A stretch of DNA of 62,283 nucleotides from Vicinamibacteria bacterium (GCA_031371345.1 JANMJM010000070.1:1-62283); one strand, 5' to 3'. Counted from the first letter of the stretch, positions 28,455 to 39,311 are shown. Translations and numbers: made by a program. The notes: generated from the sequence alone by a model not told the origin.

Positions 28455-29891
28455 ATGAACAACACACGCACCCTCGTCGCCGCGGCCATTCTGATTCTGG
28501 CCACCGCGAGCGTTTCACGACTGACCGCTTCGGATCCGAACACCGGCGACTGGCCCATGTGGGGCGGCACTCCCGATCGCAACATGGTCTCGGCAATGAA
28601 GGGGCTCCCTATCGATTGGGATATCAAGACGAAGAAAAATGTGAAATGGGTCGCCGATCTCGGGTCGCAGTCCTACGGCAATCCGGTCGTGGCCGGCGGC
28701 ATGGTGTTCGTCGGGACGAACAACGAAGGGATGCGCGATCCGAAACAGCCCGGCGATCGCGGCGTGCTCATGGCGTTCCGCGAGTCCACCGGCGAATTCA
28801 TGTGGCAGCAGACGCATATCAAGCTGGAGTCGGGCCGCGCCAACGATTGGCCCTATCAAGGCGTGGCCTCTTCCCCGGCCGTGGAAGGCACTCATCTCTA
28901 TTACGTCAGCAACCGCGGCGTCCTCTTCTGCCTCGACATCGAGGGCTTCCGCGACGGTGAAAACGACGGCCCGGTTAAGGATGAAAAACTCACGAGCCCT
29001 CAGGACGCCGACGTCATCTGGTCGTTCGACATGATGGAAGAAGTCGGCACGTATCCGCACAACCTGGCGAATTCGTCGCCTGTCGTCTGGGGCGATCTGG
29101 TGTTTGTGAGCACCTCGAACGGACAGGACGAAAGCCACGTGAACATTCCTTCGCCGCGCGCGCCGGCGATTATTGCGGTGAACAAACAGACGGGCAAGCT
29201 CGTGTGGGAAGACAACTCGGTCGACGATCGCATTCTGCACGGCCAGTGGTCCACGCCTTCCGTGGGAACCATAGGCGGCGTGCTGCAAGTGGTGTCGGCG
29301 CAGGGCGACGGCCAAGTGCGCGGCTATGAAGCGCTCACAGGCAAAAAGCTCTGGGAGTTCGACACGAACCCGAAGGACGCCGTGTGGCCGAAAACGCGCA
29401 ACGAGCTGATCGCGACACCAGTCATCTATCAGGATCGTGTGTACATCGCCAACGGGCAAGATCCGGAGCATGGCGAAGGAACTGGGCACTTCTACGCGAT
29501 CGATGCGACCAAGCGCGGCGACATTACGCAGACGGGACGCGTGTGGCACTTCGACAAGCTACGCCGATCGATCTCAACGGCGGCCGTGCTCGACGGCGTC
29601 GTCTACATTTCCGATTTCAGCGGCTTCCTGTACTGCCTCGACGCCGCCAGCGGCAAGGAAATCTGGATGCACGATCTCTTCGCAGCCACATGGGGCTCGC
29701 CCTTCGTAGCCGATGGAAAGCTTTACATCGGTGACGAAGACGGCGACGTGACTGTGCTCGCGCACAGCAAGGAAAAGAAAGTCCTGGCCGAGATGAACAT
29801 GGGCAGCTCGGTGTACTCCACACCGGCGCCTGCGCACGGCGTCCTGTTTCTGAATAACCGCAACCAGCTTTACGCATTGGCGATCAAGTGA
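28455..29891 (+). CDS. Secreted PQQ-like/BamB-like beta-propeller repeat protein
   Basis: Signal MNNTRTLVAAAILILATASV and GDWPMWGGTPDRN, with repeated GxxxALDxxTGKxxW-type blades (e.g. GYEALTGKKLWEF, CLDAASGKEIWMH). It starts 3 nt after the previous stop. Confidence 0.85.
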   Translation: MNNTRTLVAAAILILATASVSRLTASDPNTGDWPMWGGTPDRNMVSAMKGLPIDWDIKTKKNVKWVADLGSQSYGNPVVAGGMVFVGTNNEGMRDPKQPGDRGVLMAFRESTGEFMWQQTHIKLESGRANDWPYQGVASSPAVEGTHLYYVSNRGVLFCLDIEGFRDGENDGPVKDEKLTSPQDADVIWSFDMMEEVGTYPHNLANSSPVVWGDLVFVSTSNGQDESHVNIPSPRAPAIIAVNKQTGKLVWEDNSVDDRILHGQWSTPSVGTIGGVLQVVSAQGDGQVRGYEALTGKKLWEFDTNPKDAVWPKTRNELIATPVIYQDRVYIANGQDPEHGEGTGHFYAIDATKRGDITQTGRVWHFDKLRRSISTAAVLDGVVYISDFSGFLYCLDAASGKEIWMHDLFAATWGSPFVADGKLYIGDEDGDVTVLAHSKEKKVLAEMNMGSSVYSTPAPAHGVLFLNNRNQLYALAIK

Positions 29892-29899
29892 GGAAACGT

Positions 29900-30349
29900 A
29901 TGGGATGGATCGTGTTCGTGGCCGGCGCCGTGTTGTCCTGGGGCGCCTACGGCATGCTGCTGCACCAGGGTCAGGTTCTGCTCGGCAATCCGCTGAAAGC
30001 GCTGCTATGCGTCGGCGTCGCGTACTTTCTCATCGGCGTGCTCGTGCCTGTTGCGACGCTTGCGGTGCAAGGCCAGTTGGGCGGATTCGATACACGGGGT
30101 TTATTGACGGCCACCATCGCGGGCGCGCTCGGCGCCATCGGCGCCGCGTGCATCATTTGGGCGTTTCGCACCGGAGGCTTGCCGGTGTATGTGATGCCGC
30201 TGGTGTTTGGCGGTGCGCCGATCGTGAACGTGCTGCTGTCGATGGTTCTGCATCCGCCGAGAGTCGCGCCGAATCCTCTTCTGTATCTCGGCTTTGTGCT
30301 CACGTCGGTGGGCGCGGGGATGGTGCTGTACTTCAGGCCTGCCGCGTAA
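29900..30349 (+). CDS. Hypothetical small 4-5 TM membrane protein
   Basis: GAGGAA lies 4 nt upstream of the ATG at 29900 (an alternative GTG at 29888 overlaps the upstream stop). The sequence is highly hydrophobic. Confidence 0.6.
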   Translation: MGWIVFVAGAVLSWGAYGMLLHQGQVLLGNPLKALLCVGVAYFLIGVLVPVATLAVQGQLGGFDTRGLLTATIAGALGAIGAACIIWAFRTGGLPVYVMPLVFGGAPIVNVLLSMVLHPPRVAPNPLLYLGFVLTSVGAGMVLYFRPAA

Positions 30350-30393
30350 TCGCGCATTGGAGCTTTCATGAATGCAGGACCGATTTACATTTT

Positions 30394-31527
30394 TCAATCT
30401 CGTGCGTACTTCCTCAGATTGTTGAAGCCGACATCCGCCGCATAGACGTTCCCCCGATCGTCGACCGCGATGCCGGACGCCGACGTGCCCGTGTCCGGCA
30501 TCTTGCTCAGATCGCCCGGATCTGGAATGAGGTATTTGAGCTCGCCTGTGATCGCGTTGCCGATCACGATCGCTCTGTCGTTCGGGGTTGTCGACGATCG
30601 GTTGACAGATCCGCGAGACTGATCCTGATAAGTGGCCCCAACGTAGATGTTGTCGTTCTTGTCGACATACACGGAGCTCGGCTGCCCGAACTGTCTCCAC
30701 GCGGCGATGAAATTGCCGTCCTGATCGAACACCTGGATGCGATTGTTCTGGCGATCGGCAACATACACGTAGCCTTTGGAGCCGCCGACGTACAGGTCGT
30801 GTGGATCCCTGAAGTTTCCCTGCTCCGGCCCCATGCGTCCCCAGGTTTTGATGAACTTGCCGTCGGACGAATACTTCACGACGCGACCGCTCCCTGATCG
30901 GTTGCCGGAATGGCCATCGGTGACAAAGATATTTCCGTTGGGCGCAATGGAAACGCCTGTCGGCTGATCGAAGGTGTTCGGCCCAATCCCGCCGACGCCC
31001 GCCGAGCCAATCGTCATCATTACTTTGCCGGTCGGGCTGATCTTGAGAACCTGCTGACCCATCGTCACGCCCTGACCATTCTTCGCAGGCATGCCGAGGA
31101 TCGTTTCCTCGTCATTGGTGTCGGTTGCCCAGAGGTTGCCGTCCTTGTCGACGGTAAATCCGTGCGGCTTCGCAAACAGTCCAGCGCCAAGGCTCTTCAA
31201 TAGCCTGCCTGCCGGATCGAACTCCAGGATCGGCGGGTTGGCCTCACCTCGGTTCAGGCAGGTGGCGTCGCCGTTCGGCTGGTCGTTGAAACAGCGGTGA
31301 AACACCCAGATGTTGCCATTTGGCGCGACATGGACTCTGATGACCTCTCCCCATTTGCGTCCATTCGGACCCTTCATCCTGGCGGGCAGCCTCGGCCAGT
31401 CGGGCACAGGGCGATACGGATTTGGCAGCATCGGTTTGGCGACCTGCGCATCGTTGGGCACCTGAGCATTCGCGATTGCTGCAAGGGAAAAGAGGGCAAC
31501 GACGGGGACAAAAAAATTCATCGTCAT
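30394..31527 (-). CDS. Secreted NHL-repeat six-bladed beta-propeller (peptidyl-alpha-hydroxyglycine lyase-like)
   Basis: Signal MTMNFFVPVVALFSLAAIANA. Recurring NHL-type blades PHGFTVDKDGNLWATD, PTGVSIAPNGNIFVTD, PHDLYVGGSKGYVYVADRQNNRIQVF, SGIAVDDRGNVYAAD. Confidence 0.75.
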   Translation of the reverse strand: MTMNFFVPVVALFSLAAIANAQVPNDAQVAKPMLPNPYRPVPDWPRLPARMKGPNGRKWGEVIRVHVAPNGNIWVFHRCFNDQPNGDATCLNRGEANPPILEFDPAGRLLKSLGAGLFAKPHGFTVDKDGNLWATDTNDEETILGMPAKNGQGVTMGQQVLKISPTGKVMMTIGSAGVGGIGPNTFDQPTGVSIAPNGNIFVTDGHSGNRSGSGRVVKYSSDGKFIKTWGRMGPEQGNFRDPHDLYVGGSKGYVYVADRQNNRIQVFDQDGNFIAAWRQFGQPSSVYVDKNDNIYVGATYQDQSRGSVNRSSTTPNDRAIVIGNAITGELKYLIPDPGDLSKMPDTGTSASGIAVDDRGNVYAADVGFNNLRKYARD

Positions 31528-31617
31528 ATTTTTTGGTAAACCCCTGGCGTTTCGCGCTTCTGACCGGGTTTATTTAGGCAGACGTGCCTTGCGAAGAATG
31601 GACCCTTAAAAGACGCT

Positions 31618-32889
31618 TCAATGTCTATTCCCCACGGCCCATAGCCAACCCGCGGTTCTGATGAATATCTGGCCATCCGAGATCGCCGGTGAGCTGAGCG
31701 TGTAGTCGTCGAAATTATTCTCGGCGAGCACCTCGAACTTCGGCCCGGCCCGCACCACAATCGTTACGCCGTCTTCATTCGTGATGTAGAGCTTGCCGTC
31801 GCCGAGCGCGAACGATCCGCTGTAGGTGCTCGAGCGGAGGCGCTGCCGGCCGTAAATTTCCTTTCCAGTCTTCGCGTCGAGGCACCACATGATGCCGCGG
31901 TCATTGACAACGTAGAGATACGTGCCGTCGGTGACCGGGGTTGGGACATCGGGTCCGTTGTTGAACGACCACAACAGGTGAGACGAGGTGATATCGCCGC
32001 GTCCGCCGGCCCTCAACGCCAGCATCGGCCGCTCGCGGCTTGGCGCATAGATGATGTCGCCGTGCACGAAGGGGGACGCGACAATCCGGTATGAGCCGTC
32101 GTTCGAAGGATTCAGCCCGTTGGCGCGCCAGAGTTCTTTACCCGTCGAGAGATCGTGGCCAGTCACAACGTCGCCGCCTGTAATGACCAACTCGGTAGCG
32201 TTCCCGTAGCGGAGCAACGCGGGCGTCGTATACGAGTCCGGTGATTCAGACTGCGCGCTTGTCGGCCGCTCCACGCGCCAAATCGTGCGTCCGTTCGCCT
32301 TGCTGATGCGCAGCACATAGGACGGCGCGTCGGTTCTCATCCCGTGCAGGACCTGCACGTATAGCGAGTCCTCGTGCAGCAGTGGAGACGAACCATAGCC
32401 CCAGTTCAATCCGAAACGGCCGTAATCTTTCTGAATGTCGCGCGTCCAGAGTTCCTTGCCAGTGAAGTCGAAGCTTTTAAGGATGCCGGTTCCCGTCATC
32501 ACCCACACCTGGTTGCCGTCGGTGACTGGCGACGGAGACGACATGTTCTGCTTCTGCTCGCGGTGATCGCCGCCGCTCAGGTACTGCTTCCACAGGGGAA
32601 CGCCTTTGACGCGTTCTATACACCAGAGATGCAGGCTGCCCTTCTCGGCCACGTTCAGGAAAATACGATCACCCCACACGATGGGTGTCGAACCCGACCA
32701 TTCGGGAAGCGCAAGCTTCCAGGCGATGTTCTCGGTCGCCGACCATTTGACGGGCAGATTCGTTTCGCCACTGACACCGTTCTGCGTGGGTCCGCGCCAC
32801 TGCGGCCAGTTCTCCGCGCGCACGACACTGAGCATGGCGCAGAGCGCCATGACAATCGCCAGCGGCGTGTAAGTGTGACTGCGTGACAT
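31618..32889 (-). CDS. Secreted PQQ-like/BamB-like beta-propeller repeat protein
   Basis: Signal ...[44 protein letters not shown], and C-terminal [11 protein letters not shown]...[14 protein letters not shown]. Confidence 0.85.
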   Translation of the reverse strand: MSRSHTYTPLAIVMALCAMLSVVRAENWPQWRGPTQNGVSGETNLPVKWSATENIAWKLALPEWSGSTPIVWGDRIFLNVAEKGSLHLWCIERVKGVPLWKQYLSGGDHREQKQNMSSPSPVTDGNQVWVMTGTGILKSFDFTGKELWTRDIQKDYGRFGLNWGYGSSPLLHEDSLYVQVLHGMRTDAPSYVLRISKANGRTIWRVERPTSAQSESPDSYTTPALLRYGNATELVITGGDVVTGHDLSTGKELWRANGLNPSNDGSYRIVASPFVHGDIIYAPSRERPMLALRAGGRGDITSSHLLWSFNNGPDVPTPVTDGTYLYVVNDRGIMWCLDAKTGKEIYGRQRLRSSTYSGSFALGDGKLYITNEDGVTIVVRAGPKFEVLAENNFDDYTLSSPAISDGQIFIRTAGWLWAVGNRH

Positions 32890-32892
32890 TTA

Positions 32893-32927
32893 CCCTTTGC
32901 CCCTTACCCCTTGCCCCTTACCCCTTT
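32893..32927 (-). repeat. 5 x 7-bp tandem repeat forming a canonical G-quadruplex motif on the mRNA-sense strand
   Basis: The plus strand reads CCCTTTG CCCCTTA CCCCTTG CCCCTTA CCCCTTT. The minus strand reads AAAGGGG TAAGGGG CAAGGGG TAAGGGG CAAAGGG TAA ATG. It occupies essentially the whole 38-nt spacer between the stop at 32928 and the start at 32889. Confidence 0.9.
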
Positions 32928-34235
<1,308 letters not shown>

Positions 34236-34246
34236 GGTGGAGTGGG

Positions 34247-35572
34247 TTATTTTGCGCCGATGCTGTAAAGGTACCGATATCCGCGCATGTAAATCTCGCC
34301 ATCGACCAGTGCCGGCGATGCGTCGAAGCCGTCGTCCAGCACGTTCTTCGCCAGCACCTCGAATTTCGGGGCGTTGCGGATCACCAGGGTCGTACCCTCG
34401 CGTCCTGTGACATACACCCGCCCGGCCGCGCCAACCGGCGACGAGAAGACCTCGGAGAGACCATCGAGGCGTTGAAGCTGATAGTGCGGCGTGCCGGTTT
34501 TGGCGTCGAACGCCGACAAAATATTGTTGTTCGTCTTCAGGAAATACAGGATGCCGTCGTATAGCACCGGCGACGGCACGTATGGCGTATCGCGATCAAG
34601 CGACCACACAATCGCGCCGGAATGGGAGATGTCGCCCTTGGCATCGGCCAGCCGAACCGCTTTCAAGTTGTTGCCGCGGAAACCGCTCATCGCATAGATC
34701 ATCCCGTCGGCACCCACCGGCGAGGGAATCGGATTCATCGTGAGCCCCTGGCTGTGCCAGACCACCTCTCCGTTCTCCAGATCGTAACTGATCAACTTGT
34801 TCATCCCTGGCACGATTACCTGCGCGCGGCCCGCGTGCTCGACGATGAGAGGCGTGGCCCATGTGTCGATCTCGTCGCGCTTCACTCGCCACAGCTCATT
34901 GCCGGTTCGCTTGTCGAGGGCGACGATGTAGGAGCCCGCGGTGTGATCCCAGACGACGACCAATCGATTGCCGTGCAGTGCCGGCGTAGTGCCTTCGCCG
35001 AACTGATTGCGCATCGCCTTGTCGCCAAGATCCTTTTCCCAGACGAGCTTGCCGTCCATGTCGTACGCGAAAATTCCGCGCGACTCGAAGAACGCGATGA
35101 CGTGCTGCCCGTCGGTCACGGCCGAGCTCGATGCCCATGTACCGTTGTCTGCATGCGAGGCTTCATGAGGCGCCTGCTCGCGCGCGGTCCGCTCCCACGC
35201 GATGCGGCCGTCGCGACGATCGATCGCCATCAGGACGAATCGATGCACCGCTCTCGGTGAGATGCCTCCCCGCGGCGTGTGAGATTCGGCGCCCTTCGCA
35301 TCTGCGGGAACGGCCGTCAAGATGTAAAGCCGATCGCCCCATACGACGGGCGATGATGATCCCCGGCCGGGAATCTCGATCTTCCAGCGGATATTCTTCG
35401 TCTCGCTCCACTCGACCGGCGGGTTCGCGTGCCGCGAAATGCCATTGGCTTCCGGGCCGCGCCACCGCGGCCAATAGCTCGCGCCGTCCAGCGGGCTCGG
35501 CGCCTGCGCGACGGACGTCATCATCAGGGGCACGGTGACAAGAGCAGCGGTAAGGGCTGCGGTTATGCGCAT
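34247..35572 (-). CDS. Secreted PQQ-like/BamB-like beta-propeller repeat protein
   Basis: Signal MRITAALTAALVTVPLMMTSVAQA, SYWPRWRGPEANG, GSSSPVVWGDRLYIL, and C-terminal PKFEVLAKNVL...ASPALVDGEIYMRG. Confidence 0.85.
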   Translation of the reverse strand: MRITAALTAALVTVPLMMTSVAQAPSPLDGASYWPRWRGPEANGISRHANPPVEWSETKNIRWKIEIPGRGSSSPVVWGDRLYILTAVPADAKGAESHTPRGGISPRAVHRFVLMAIDRRDGRIAWERTAREQAPHEASHADNGTWASSSAVTDGQHVIAFFESRGIFAYDMDGKLVWEKDLGDKAMRNQFGEGTTPALHGNRLVVVWDHTAGSYIVALDKRTGNELWRVKRDEIDTWATPLIVEHAGRAQVIVPGMNKLISYDLENGEVVWHSQGLTMNPIPSPVGADGMIYAMSGFRGNNLKAVRLADAKGDISHSGAIVWSLDRDTPYVPSPVLYDGILYFLKTNNNILSAFDAKTGTPHYQLQRLDGLSEVFSSPVGAAGRVYVTGREGTTLVIRNAPKFEVLAKNVLDDGFDASPALVDGEIYMRGYRYLYSIGAK

Positions 35573-35783
35573 AACTCGCTAATTATTACTGCCGATTGGA
35601 TCTGCGAGTTTACCAGACGCCTTTTCGATCCATTGTCCCCTGTTTACCGGAGGCGCTGTCGCCGCACCTATGGCGTATATGGCTCGCGATCGACGCGAAG
35701 AGCGGACAGCGCGTGTGGCAGGAGCGCACGGGAGACGTGCCGTGTACGCGATAGGGAAATAGGGAACGGCCGAGGTGCCACAC

Positions 35784-37058
35784 TTATCGGCCGATGGCGA
35801 AGAGGTGTCGATCCGATCGAATGTACCAGTTGCCATCGACGAGCGCCGGAGACGCCAGCGTCGACTCACCGATGCTGTTGGTTCGCAGCAGCTCGAACTT
35901 CGGGCCGGCGCGCAACACAAACGTGTCGCCCTCGTCGTTGGTGAAAAACACTTTGCCGTCGACGGCAACGGGCGACGCGGAGAACCCTTCGCGCTGGGCC
36001 ACCCCGAGCCGCCCCTGCCACATCACTTTCCCCGTGGCGACTTCCATGCACGTGACGATGCTTGCCATGTCGTTCACCATATAGAGATAGTCGCCGTAGA
36101 CAATGGGCGACGGCACAAACGGCGATCCCTTCGGGCTCGCCCACGCGAGATGCGTGCGCGTGACGTTACCCCGTCCACCGGGACGAATCGCCAGCGTCGG
36201 GCCGACGCGACCTGATGACGCGATGACGAGTCCGTGAGAAACCACAGGAGTCGGGATCACCTCGTATGAATTGCCGTCGCACCGCCATAGTTCGGCGCCG
36301 GTGTCCGGATGATACGCCGTGACGGCCGCCTGGCTGCTGACGATGATTTCATCGTGTGTGCCAACGCGCACAGCGATCGGCGTTCCCCATCCGGCGTAGG
36401 CCTCGCGTGGTGTGCGCCAGAGTTGTTTACCGCTTCGCGCGTCGAACGCCGCCACGAAGGCGCCACGACCATGATCCTGAAAAATAATCACGCGGTTCTT
36501 GTACAGCAGCGGCGACCCTGCGGCGCCGTGATAGTTGTCGACCGGTCCGAGGTCCTGATGCCAGGCCAGCTTGCCGTCGAATGTGAACGCCACGAGTCCT
36601 CGACTGCCGAAGGAAACATAAATCAGGCTGCCGTCAGTGGCGGGAGTCGGAGAGGCATGGCCGTTCTTGTAATGAGCGCCGGACGTCCGCCCATCTGGCG
36701 CGAACGCCTCCCACAACTGTGTGCCGTCGCCGCGACGGAACGACAGCAGCGAGACGCGACGCCCGCCGTCGTAAGCCGTTGTGAGAAAAATTCTGTCGCC
36801 CCACACAATCGGCGATGAATTGCCACGCCCGGGAACTGTCGTTTTCCAGAGCACGCCGTCTGTCGCCGACCACGTGTCGCGGTAGTTGGTGCCTTCGACG
36901 AGACCTTGTCCCGACGGACCGCGCCACACAGGCCAGTACTTCGCCCCTTCTCCTTCTATGCCGACCATCTGCACGTCGGCTTGTTGCTGCCCGACAATCG
37001 AGGCACCGGCAAGAGCGAGAAACAGCGCGATCGCGATCGGCAGGCGCATATTGCTCAC
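35784..37058 (-). CDS. Secreted PQQ-like/BamB-like beta-propeller repeat protein
   Basis: Signal [47 protein letters not shown], and PKFELLRTNSI...ASPALVDGNWYIRS. The GTG at 37058 overlaps the upstream stop (GTGA). An alternative ATG lies at 37049. Confidence 0.85.
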   Translation of the reverse strand: MSNMRLPIAIALFLALAGASIVGQQQADVQMVGIEGEGAKYWPVWRGPSGQGLVEGTNYRDTWSATDGVLWKTTVPGRGNSSPIVWGDRIFLTTAYDGGRRVSLLSFRRGDGTQLWEAFAPDGRTSGAHYKNGHASPTPATDGSLIYVSFGSRGLVAFTFDGKLAWHQDLGPVDNYHGAAGSPLLYKNRVIIFQDHGRGAFVAAFDARSGKQLWRTPREAYAGWGTPIAVRVGTHDEIIVSSQAAVTAYHPDTGAELWRCDGNSYEVIPTPVVSHGLVIASSGRVGPTLAIRPGGRGNVTRTHLAWASPKGSPFVPSPIVYGDYLYMVNDMASIVTCMEVATGKVMWQGRLGVAQREGFSASPVAVDGKVFFTNDEGDTFVLRAGPKFELLRTNSIGESTLASPALVDGNWYIRSDRHLFAIGR

Positions 37059-38344
37059 GCAATCACAAACCGTCTGGCCTTCATGTCGAACCGCGGAAGC
37101 ACGCCGGCGTCGACGGTGCGTACGGCGACGGTCAGGCCAAGCCCGTCGCGCAGGGCGCCACTGATGCGTTCGTCAAGCGACGCTGATCCTGGCGCCAGCT
37201 CGATCTCAAGTGACAGCTCGCGTAAGGCGCCGTTGTTCACGACGGTTGCGCGATACTCGACGACCTCATCAAAACGGCGGACCACCGCCTCGACAGCCGA
37301 AGGGTACACATTGACGCCGCGAACGTTCACCATATCGTCGACGCGCGACAGGATTCCGCCCTCGAGACGCGTCAGCGTGCGGCCGCAGGCACACAGCCCG
37401 CTGCGTCGGACGACCACATCGCCCGTGCGGTACCGAATCAACGGGCTCGCGGTTCGTCCGAGATTGGTAATCACCAGCTCGCCGCGCACGCCGTCGGGCA
37501 CCTCGCGATCGGCAGCCGGCTCGAGCACCTCGCAGATGTACTCGCACTCGTTCACGTGCAAGTAACCTGGTGACTCCCAGCACTCAAAACTGATTGGTCC
37601 GACCTCGGTGAGCCCGTGATGATCGATCACCCGCGCTCCCCATGCCTTTTCGATTCGCGCCCGCGTTGGCGGAACGTTCCCACCAGGTTCCCCGGCGACG
37701 ATCAGGACACCGACCGAACACTCGGCCAGACGTCTTCCAGACTCGCCGCGCTGCGCCGCGACTTCGGCCAACCGCAGGGCATAGGTCGGCGTGCAGCAGA
37801 CGACCGTTGGCGCCAACGAATCGATCAACGCCAGCCGCGCCTCGCTCGACATGCCGCCGGCCGGGATGCAGTGCGCGTCGATCTGGCAGCCGGCTTCGAA
37901 CGCCGTCCAAAATCCAAGAAACGGACCGAACGAAAAGGGGAACAGGATGCGGTCACGCGCGCCGACATTGGCCGCGCGGTAGACAGCCTTCCAGCAGTCC
38001 ACCATCCACTGCCAGCTTTCGTTCGTGTCGAGCCATCGCAGTGCGCTCCCGGTGGTTGACGACGTTTGGTTGTACCGGGTGTAACGCTCGATCGGCTCGG
38101 TGAGCGCGGTGCCCCACGGCGGCGACGATGCCTGATCGGCGATCAGCTCGCGCTTGGTCGTCAGCGGAAGCTTCGTAAAATCGACCTGCGGATTGAAGGC
38201 GTCACGCCGGATGCCTGCGGCCTCCAGCTTGCGGGTGTAGAACGCGTTCCGGCCGTGAATCTGCCGAATCATTTGCGACAGACGCGTCATCTGAGCGGCG
38301 GTGCGCGCGGCCGGATCGGCGCGCTCGAGGTCCGTGGCGATCAT
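37055..38344 (-). CDS. Phenylacetate-CoA ligase (PaaK)-family adenylate-forming enzyme
   Basis: PaaK-like N-terminus (RNAFYTRKLEAAGI...LPLTTKRELI), P-loop-like YNQTSSTTGSALRW and VITNLGRTASPLIRYRTGDVV. The 429-aa length is typical of the PaaK/F390-synthetase family. Confidence 0.8.
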   Translation of the reverse strand: MIATDLERADPAARTAAQMTRLSQMIRQIHGRNAFYTRKLEAAGIRRDAFNPQVDFTKLPLTTKRELIADQASSPPWGTALTEPIERYTRYNQTSSTTGSALRWLDTNESWQWMVDCWKAVYRAANVGARDRILFPFSFGPFLGFWTAFEAGCQIDAHCIPAGGMSSEARLALIDSLAPTVVCCTPTYALRLAEVAAQRGESGRRLAECSVGVLIVAGEPGGNVPPTRARIEKAWGARVIDHHGLTEVGPISFECWESPGYLHVNECEYICEVLEPAADREVPDGVRGELVITNLGRTASPLIRYRTGDVVVRRSGLCACGRTLTRLEGGILSRVDDMVNVRGVNVYPSAVEAVVRRFDEVVEYRATVVNNGALRELSLEIELAPGSASLDERISGALRDGLGLTVAVRTVDAGVLPRFDMKARRFVIA

Positions 38345-38347
38345 TTA

Positions 38348-38761
38348 TTAGACGCCCGGTGCCACCTGGAACAGCGCATCGATCTCGGGTGGGATGTCTG
38401 CTCCGCGCATCGGCTCGCCCGGACGGTTCGTGACGCACTTCACGACGAGCGTACCTGTCGCGATTCGCGTCTCTCCGCTGGTAATGACGCCCTCGTATCG
38501 GATCGTGCGGGCGTCCTTCCCGACAACTCGCAGGCGCACCTCGAACTCGTCGTCAAACTTCAACGGCCGGAGATATTCGAACGATGCCGCAATGCGAGGC
38601 CAGCCGATTCCCGAACCGTCGGCGATGCGCAGTCCGGCCTCGCGCCACATCGCGTGTTCGGCCTCTTCCAGGTACCGGAAGTAGCAGCTGAAATGCACGA
38701 TGCCCGCCATGTCGGTTTCGTAGAACTGCACGCGGCGCTTCAAGCGGTGTTCGAAAGGCAT
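38348..38761 (-). CDS. 4HBT/YbgC-type hotdog-fold acyl-CoA thioesterase
   Basis: RVQFYETDMAGIVHFSCYFRYLEEAEHAMWREAGL (catalytic Asp context of the 4-hydroxybenzoyl-CoA thioesterase/YbgC family); 137 aa. Confidence 0.8.
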   Translation of the reverse strand: MPFEHRLKRRVQFYETDMAGIVHFSCYFRYLEEAEHAMWREAGLRIADGSGIGWPRIAASFEYLRPLKFDDEFEVRLRVVGKDARTIRYEGVITSGETRIATGTLVVKCVTNRPGEPMRGADIPPEIDALFQVAPGV

Positions 38762-38765
38762 AAGC

Positions 38766-39311
38766 TCAGACGAGCGGAAGCACCTCGACGATGTCGCCGA
38801 TCCTGGCGCCCTCGTGAATCATCTCAGTCCGCCGGCCATAGAGCGTCCGCGGTTCGCGCATCCAGAAGACGCCCATCATCTCGGGATTCGGCGTGACCGC
38901 GAGAAACGCGATGGGCCGGCTTTCGTACTTCACACCGCCGTCGCGGAGCAACCGTCCGAGCGGCACATCGTTCTTCAAGATCTGGCGGCGGATGCGATCG
39001 GAGAACGCGCCGACTTTGATTCTGATGGCGCCCATCTCGACCGGCCGCCCGGTGTATTCCTGAGCCAGCAGCACGCGCCGAAAGTACCACGGGCCGCTCG
39101 TAAACGTCGCCAACGGCCGCAGCGCGACTTTCCCGCCGAAATGCCGCTCGAGCGTCAACGTCATATCGGTCGTATGCACGAGCAGGGAACGATACGGAAG
39201 CGGGATGTCGGCTGGGTCAACCGCCGCGACGTCTGGCAGCGCCACGCCGGACCGCGCGTAAACGAAGTCGAGCGGAAACAGCAGCCCGTTGCTCGAGGCT
39301 CGAGGACGCAC
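38766..39311 (-). CDS. Chorismate lyase (UbiC/DUF98)-fold protein
   Basis: It aligns by eye to E. coli UbiC landmarks. LLVHTTDMTLTLERHFG matches LLLEDSMTKRFEQQG. WYFRRVLL...GRPVEMGAIRI matches YWLREILL...GEPWLAGRTVV. VPLGRLL matches TPLGRYL. LYGRRTEM...IVEVLP matches LWGRRSRL...LTELFLP. Confidence 0.6.
   Translation of the reverse strand: MRPRASSNGLLFPLDFVYARSGVALPDVAAVDPADIPLPYRSLLVHTTDMTLTLERHFGGKVALRPLATFTSGPWYFRRVLLAQEYTGRPVEMGAIRIKVGAFSDRIRRQILKNDVPLGRLLRDGGVKYESRPIAFLAVTPNPEMMGVFWMREPRTLYGRRTEMIHEGARIGDIVEVLPLV

Noticed and set aside
35579-35968. A 129-aa minus-strand ORF spanning the 211-nt gap and running into the 3-prime end of the upstream propeller gene.
   Set aside because: It overlaps the well-supported propeller gene in another frame and has Ala/Arg/Ser-rich composition, with no signal or motif. 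The gap is treated as non-coding.
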